64,000 bases of DNA, from positions 608,001 through 672,000 of the forward strand of contig CBDCVK010000010.1 of the NCBI GenBank assembly GCA_965223005.1, in the 5' to 3' direction. A program made the position numbers and the translations under genes. How positions within the stretch are numbered: position 1 is the stretch's first letter; every line of letters starts with the position of its first letter. The notes under the pieces are model-generated. The model made no database searches. It was not told the DNA's origin and worked only from the letters and a program-made list of their open reading frames with translations. Shown piece by piece: positions 60,653 to 64,000 of this stretch. This DNA is from Terriglobia bacterium. Lineage in GTDB: Bacteria > Acidobacteriota > Terriglobia > JAJPHL01 > JAPKYU01.

Positions 60653-60841
60653 GTGGGTTTCGCTTGCGGATCTACTCGGCCATTCCCAATGGAAGCGTCC
60701 ACCGATCCGGGTGCATGGCGCCGCTGGTGCATGGCGCGAGGTGGATGTGTCGGCGAGGAGGACTCCTTCTACTCCACCCTTCGCACTCCCCCGTTCCTGG
60801 ATCCGCGTCGGCTATTGCCGGATGCCGGCGGGCAGGCCGCT

Positions 60842-61678
60842 CTACTGCTTCTTCAGGGACTCTTCGATCCGCTGCAACTCCTCGGCCGCATAGTCACGCA
60901 TGCCCACCCTGACGCCTCCGGCATCCACCGACTGTTTCAACGTGTCGCGGGCCAGCTCGTATTTCTTCATGATCCGGTACGTCAGCCCGAGGCGCCAAAG
61001 CACAATGGGGTCTTTCTCGACCTGGAGCTCGACGGTTTTCTTGAAGAAGTCCGCAGCCGCCTCATACCGCCCGCGCTTCATGGCCACATGGCCGAGGGCA
61101 TCGTAACTCCGGGCGCGCATGTCGTTGACCGTTCGCTCCCATACGGTGTCTAACATTTCCGGATCAGGTTTCTCCATCTTTTCGATGGCCGACAGGGCGC
61201 GCTTGGCGTAGTCCTCGGCCTGCTTCAGCTTCTCTTCCCGGTCCAGATCGGTATTCTTTGTCCGTTCCGGGATAAACAGAGCCAGCCACAGCAAGGTCTG
61301 GACGTTTTCCGGATCCATCGCGAGCGACTTCTCACCGAACTCACGCATCTTGGAAAAGTCGCCTTTTTGCCGGTAGCCTTGCATCGCTTTGGCGTAGGCG
61401 AGACTTTTCAGCTCGCTGTCCGGAAACGTTTGCACAAATTCCTCGGCCAGAGAGATCATCTGGTCGGGTGTCAGAGAGGCATCGATGAGGTTCCGGTATG
61501 CCTCTAACTCCTCCTCGGTTTGGGCCCTGGGCCCCTTCGGGGCGCTTGGCGCTTGCTGGTCGGGCTGGTCGGGCTGGCCGGTGTCTGGGGTCTGCTGCGG
61601 CTCCTGCGCCGAGGCCAGGACGATGAGCAGACCAACCACCAGTACGAGGGCCGCCGTTCTCATTTTCATCCTTCGCAT
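60842..61678 (-). CDS. Secreted TPR protein
   Basis: Signal peptide, Gln/Pro linker, TPR motifs; GGAG RBS. Confidence 0.8.
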   Translation of the reverse strand: MRRMKMRTAALVLVVGLLIVLASAQEPQQTPDTGQPDQPDQQAPSAPKGPRAQTEEELEAYRNLIDASLTPDQMISLAEEFVQTFPDSELKSLAYAKAMQGYRQKGDFSKMREFGEKSLAMDPENVQTLLWLALFIPERTKNTDLDREEKLKQAEDYAKRALSAIEKMEKPDPEMLDTVWERTVNDMRARSYDALGHVAMKRGRYEAAADFFKKTVELQVEKDPIVLWRLGLTYRIMKKYELARDTLKQSVDAGGVRVGMRDYAAEELQRIEESLKKQ

Positions 61679-61706
61679 GGGGTGTTGTTCTCCTTCCACG
61701 CTGTGG

Positions 61707-63308
61707 TTAGCACGATCCGTTCTTCTTCCCGCTGTCCCCGCCTTGTTCGCGCAATGTGTCCCGGCGGAACGGGGCCTCGAGGCCGAGTTCGGCTGCCCGA
61801 CGGGTCGCCGCCTCCGCGTCCTGAGTCTCCAGCGCTTGCCGGTAGTGTTCGACTGCGAGCTCGCGCTCTTGCTTCATATCATAAATGCGTCCCAGGTAGA
61901 TATGCGACCAGGCCAGCAGGTGGGGGTCTTTGCTGACCTCCAGGGTGCGCTCGAAGTAGCTCCTGGCCAGTTCCGGTTGCCTTTCCTGGGTAGCCACCAG
62001 GGCCAGGCCATAGAGGGCTCGTGCTTGCAACGTGCCGTTCTTCTCCAGCGCGGCTCGAAATAGTCGGCGAGCCTGAGCGAAATCCAGGCGGGCCATTGCA
62101 TCGTCTGCCTGGGCCAACACCGTTTCTTCCTTCGACGCGTTGGAAGTGGAGCCGGTTGCGCCCGCCACCGGCCCCGCCACCGGCAAAGAGGGCAGCCTCA
62201 GGTGCCCTAGATCATCGGCTTCTGTGGCCTCCCGAAACTGGACCCCGGCGAGCCGCTTTCGCTCGTGTCCTACGTCCAGCTTCTCCAGCATCTCCGGATA
62301 GTAGATCCGGATTCCGGCCTCCTGCTGTTCAAACTTCTCCAGCGCCTCGTAGAAATAGGGTGCCAGAAAATGCCCTTCTTCCAGGATCCCGCGCAGCCGC
62401 TGTTGCTTGGCGGCCGGGGTGTCTTGGGCCAGCCGCAGCTCCAGCGCGCGGATGAGCGATTCGGAGAGCAACAGCCGGAAATCCTTGCGCAATGCGGGTT
62501 GCAGCCCGTGCGCGGCTTCGGCAAACCATTTCAAGTCCGATTTCTTGCGCACCAAGCGCCTGTGCTTGAGGGCCAGCGGCTCCAGCAGATAGTGCAGCAA
62601 ACCGTGGCGAATCTCCTTCAGTTTCAGCTCGGAGGCGGTGCTGACCACGACGTAGTAATCGCGCCCGAATCCCCTCGCGTTCGCCTGCCCAGGGGCTCCC
62701 AGCAGGTCGACGTGAACCCAGAAGTTACGCCCCAGGAAACCTGAGGATGCAACTCGCAGGTAGCCGTTCAACTCCAGCATCAGGTATCCCAAACCTTCGT
62801 TGTATCGATCCAGCTCCTGCTCGTAGGCGGGGCGGTGTTCCTCCCACAGCGCCTCCAGGTTGGCCTCCTGGTAGAAGGCAGCCAGCAGAGGCCGCAGGTC
62901 GCGCAGCGCGGAAACCTCAGGCGGCAACTCCGGTTCTTGCACCCGGAAGGAGAAGTCCGGCGGGCCGCCGATCAACAGCGCGAAGGAGATAAACTGGCTC
63001 AGGTCGCGGGAGGAATCCGGCCGGCGGTGAGCCGCGTAGAAGGCGCGCAAGGCTTCCAGGCTGGGCGGTTTCGCCGCCGCGACCTGCTGGCGAACCAGCC
63101 GACGCACGGGGCTGGCGTGCGGCGAATCCACACCCGCCTCATAGCCGGCCGCATTGACGGCGGCCATCACCACGAACAAGGGCAGGTTGCTGTCGACCGA
63201 CGCTGGATGTTGCGCCAGCAACGGCAGGCTAGCGAGAAAGCACGCCGAGGCCACGAGGGTTGCCGTAGCGCGCTTCTGCCACAGAACGGCATCCCCGGAA
63301 AACCACAT
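61707..63308 (-). CDS. Secreted protein with C-terminal TPRs
   Basis: LFVVMAAVNAAGY N-terminal domain, HGLLH, C-terminal TPRs. Confidence 0.75.
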   Translation of the reverse strand: MWFSGDAVLWQKRATATLVASACFLASLPLLAQHPASVDSNLPLFVVMAAVNAAGYEAGVDSPHASPVRRLVRQQVAAAKPPSLEALRAFYAAHRRPDSSRDLSQFISFALLIGGPPDFSFRVQEPELPPEVSALRDLRPLLAAFYQEANLEALWEEHRPAYEQELDRYNEGLGYLMLELNGYLRVASSGFLGRNFWVHVDLLGAPGQANARGFGRDYYVVVSTASELKLKEIRHGLLHYLLEPLALKHRRLVRKKSDLKWFAEAAHGLQPALRKDFRLLLSESLIRALELRLAQDTPAAKQQRLRGILEEGHFLAPYFYEALEKFEQQEAGIRIYYPEMLEKLDVGHERKRLAGVQFREATEADDLGHLRLPSLPVAGPVAGATGSTSNASKEETVLAQADDAMARLDFAQARRLFRAALEKNGTLQARALYGLALVATQERQPELARSYFERTLEVSKDPHLLAWSHIYLGRIYDMKQERELAVEHYRQALETQDAEAATRRAAELGLEAPFRRDTLREQGGDSGKKNGSC

Positions 63309-63416
63309 CAATTGAGTTTATTGCGCCTCGCCCATCCCCGTCAATCTCAGGGTCTCCAGAGCGAAACAGTGAGAGGACGTTGACGGGGCTACGCGGCGCC
63401 CCCTAGAATGCGGGAG

Positions 63417-63905
63417 ATGGCCAAACACACGCGGGCCGTGTACCCAGGGTCATTCGACCCGCTCACCAACGGCCACCTGGATCTGATCGAGCGCAGCATT
63501 GAGATTTTCGATGAGCTGATCATTGGGGTACTCCGCAATCCAGACAAGCACCCCCTGTTCTCGCTGGAAGAGCGGATGGAGATGCTGCGGGAAGTGACCG
63601 TACCGCTGGGCCGGGTCCGCGTGGAGGCGTTTGACGGACTTCTGGTACAATACGCCGCCCGCTCCGAGGCCAACGTCATTCTGCGGGGCATCCGGGCCAT
63701 CTCCGACTACGAGTACGAGCTGCAGATGGCTCTGATGAATCGTAAGCTGGACCCTCGAGTGGAAACCGTGTTTATGATGCCGGCCGAAACCTACAGCTAC
63801 ATTAGTTCGCGGCTGGTCAAGGAGGTGCACCTGCTGGGCGGCGACATCAAGGACCTGGTGCCGCCCATCGTGGTGGAACGGCTGAAGGCCAAGGTTCCAG
63901 TCTGA
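63417..63905 (+). CDS. coaD: Phosphopantetheine adenylyltransferase
   Basis: AVYPGSFDPLTNGHLD, RGIRAISDYEYE.QMA.MN, ISS.LVKE. Confidence 0.97.
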   Translation: MAKHTRAVYPGSFDPLTNGHLDLIERSIEIFDELIIGVLRNPDKHPLFSLEERMEMLREVTVPLGRVRVEAFDGLLVQYAARSEANVILRGIRAISDYEYELQMALMNRKLDPRVETVFMMPAETYSYISSRLVKEVHLLGGDIKDLVPPIVVERLKAKVPV

Positions 63906-63933
63906 CTCTGGCACCGGTTGAACTGAGCGACCT

Positions 63934-64000
63934 ATGCAACTATCCGAACGTATTTCGCGAATTTCTGTGAGCGCTACGCAGGCCGTGGTAGTGGAGGCCG
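63934..64000 (+). CDS. Probable class I/II PLP aminotransferase, N-terminus only (runs off window end)
   Basis: MQLSERISRISVSATQAVVVEA resembles AspB-type N-termini; only 22 codons visible. Confidence 0.55.
   Translation, partial: MQLSERISRISVSATQAVVVEA

Overview
GC-rich bacterial chromosomal window. The gene complement and order look Acidobacteria-like (inference only). Most of it is housekeeping: gcvT, a sirtuin, amidase and lytic transglycosylase, dgk-folK-ruvBA-polA, lpxC, HU, larB, rplI-rpsR-rpsF-pth-rplY-prs-ispE, purH, thiD, NfeD/SPFH, uvrA, asmA-lepB-rnc and coaD. The unusual parts are: (1) a ~2.46-kb IS1595-family element (10784-13242, 8-bp target duplication) carrying a stand-alone polymorphic-toxin-like nuclease, a Cys-rich immunity-like gene and a DUF6941-like gene, with a scrambled left end; (2) a compact operon of porin-like beta-barrel, CuA cupredoxin, di-heme c protein and DtxR/MntR regulator, with its own promoter and a palindromic operator candidate; (3) two small ORFs missed by the ORF track, an 11-Cys 53-aa protein abutting the sirtuin and a 17-aa Lys-rich peptide in its own structured transcription unit; (4) a P-loop NTPase / STAS / GAF-HD-GYP module with an apparent internal deletion; (5) other lesions, namely a probable DUF3142 deletion scar and a frameshifted, partly duplicated low-GC dehydrogenase; (6) a recurrent leaderless -10/start-codon architecture. 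No rRNA, tRNA or CRISPR array was recognised. Family assignments come from motif recognition, not database searches.
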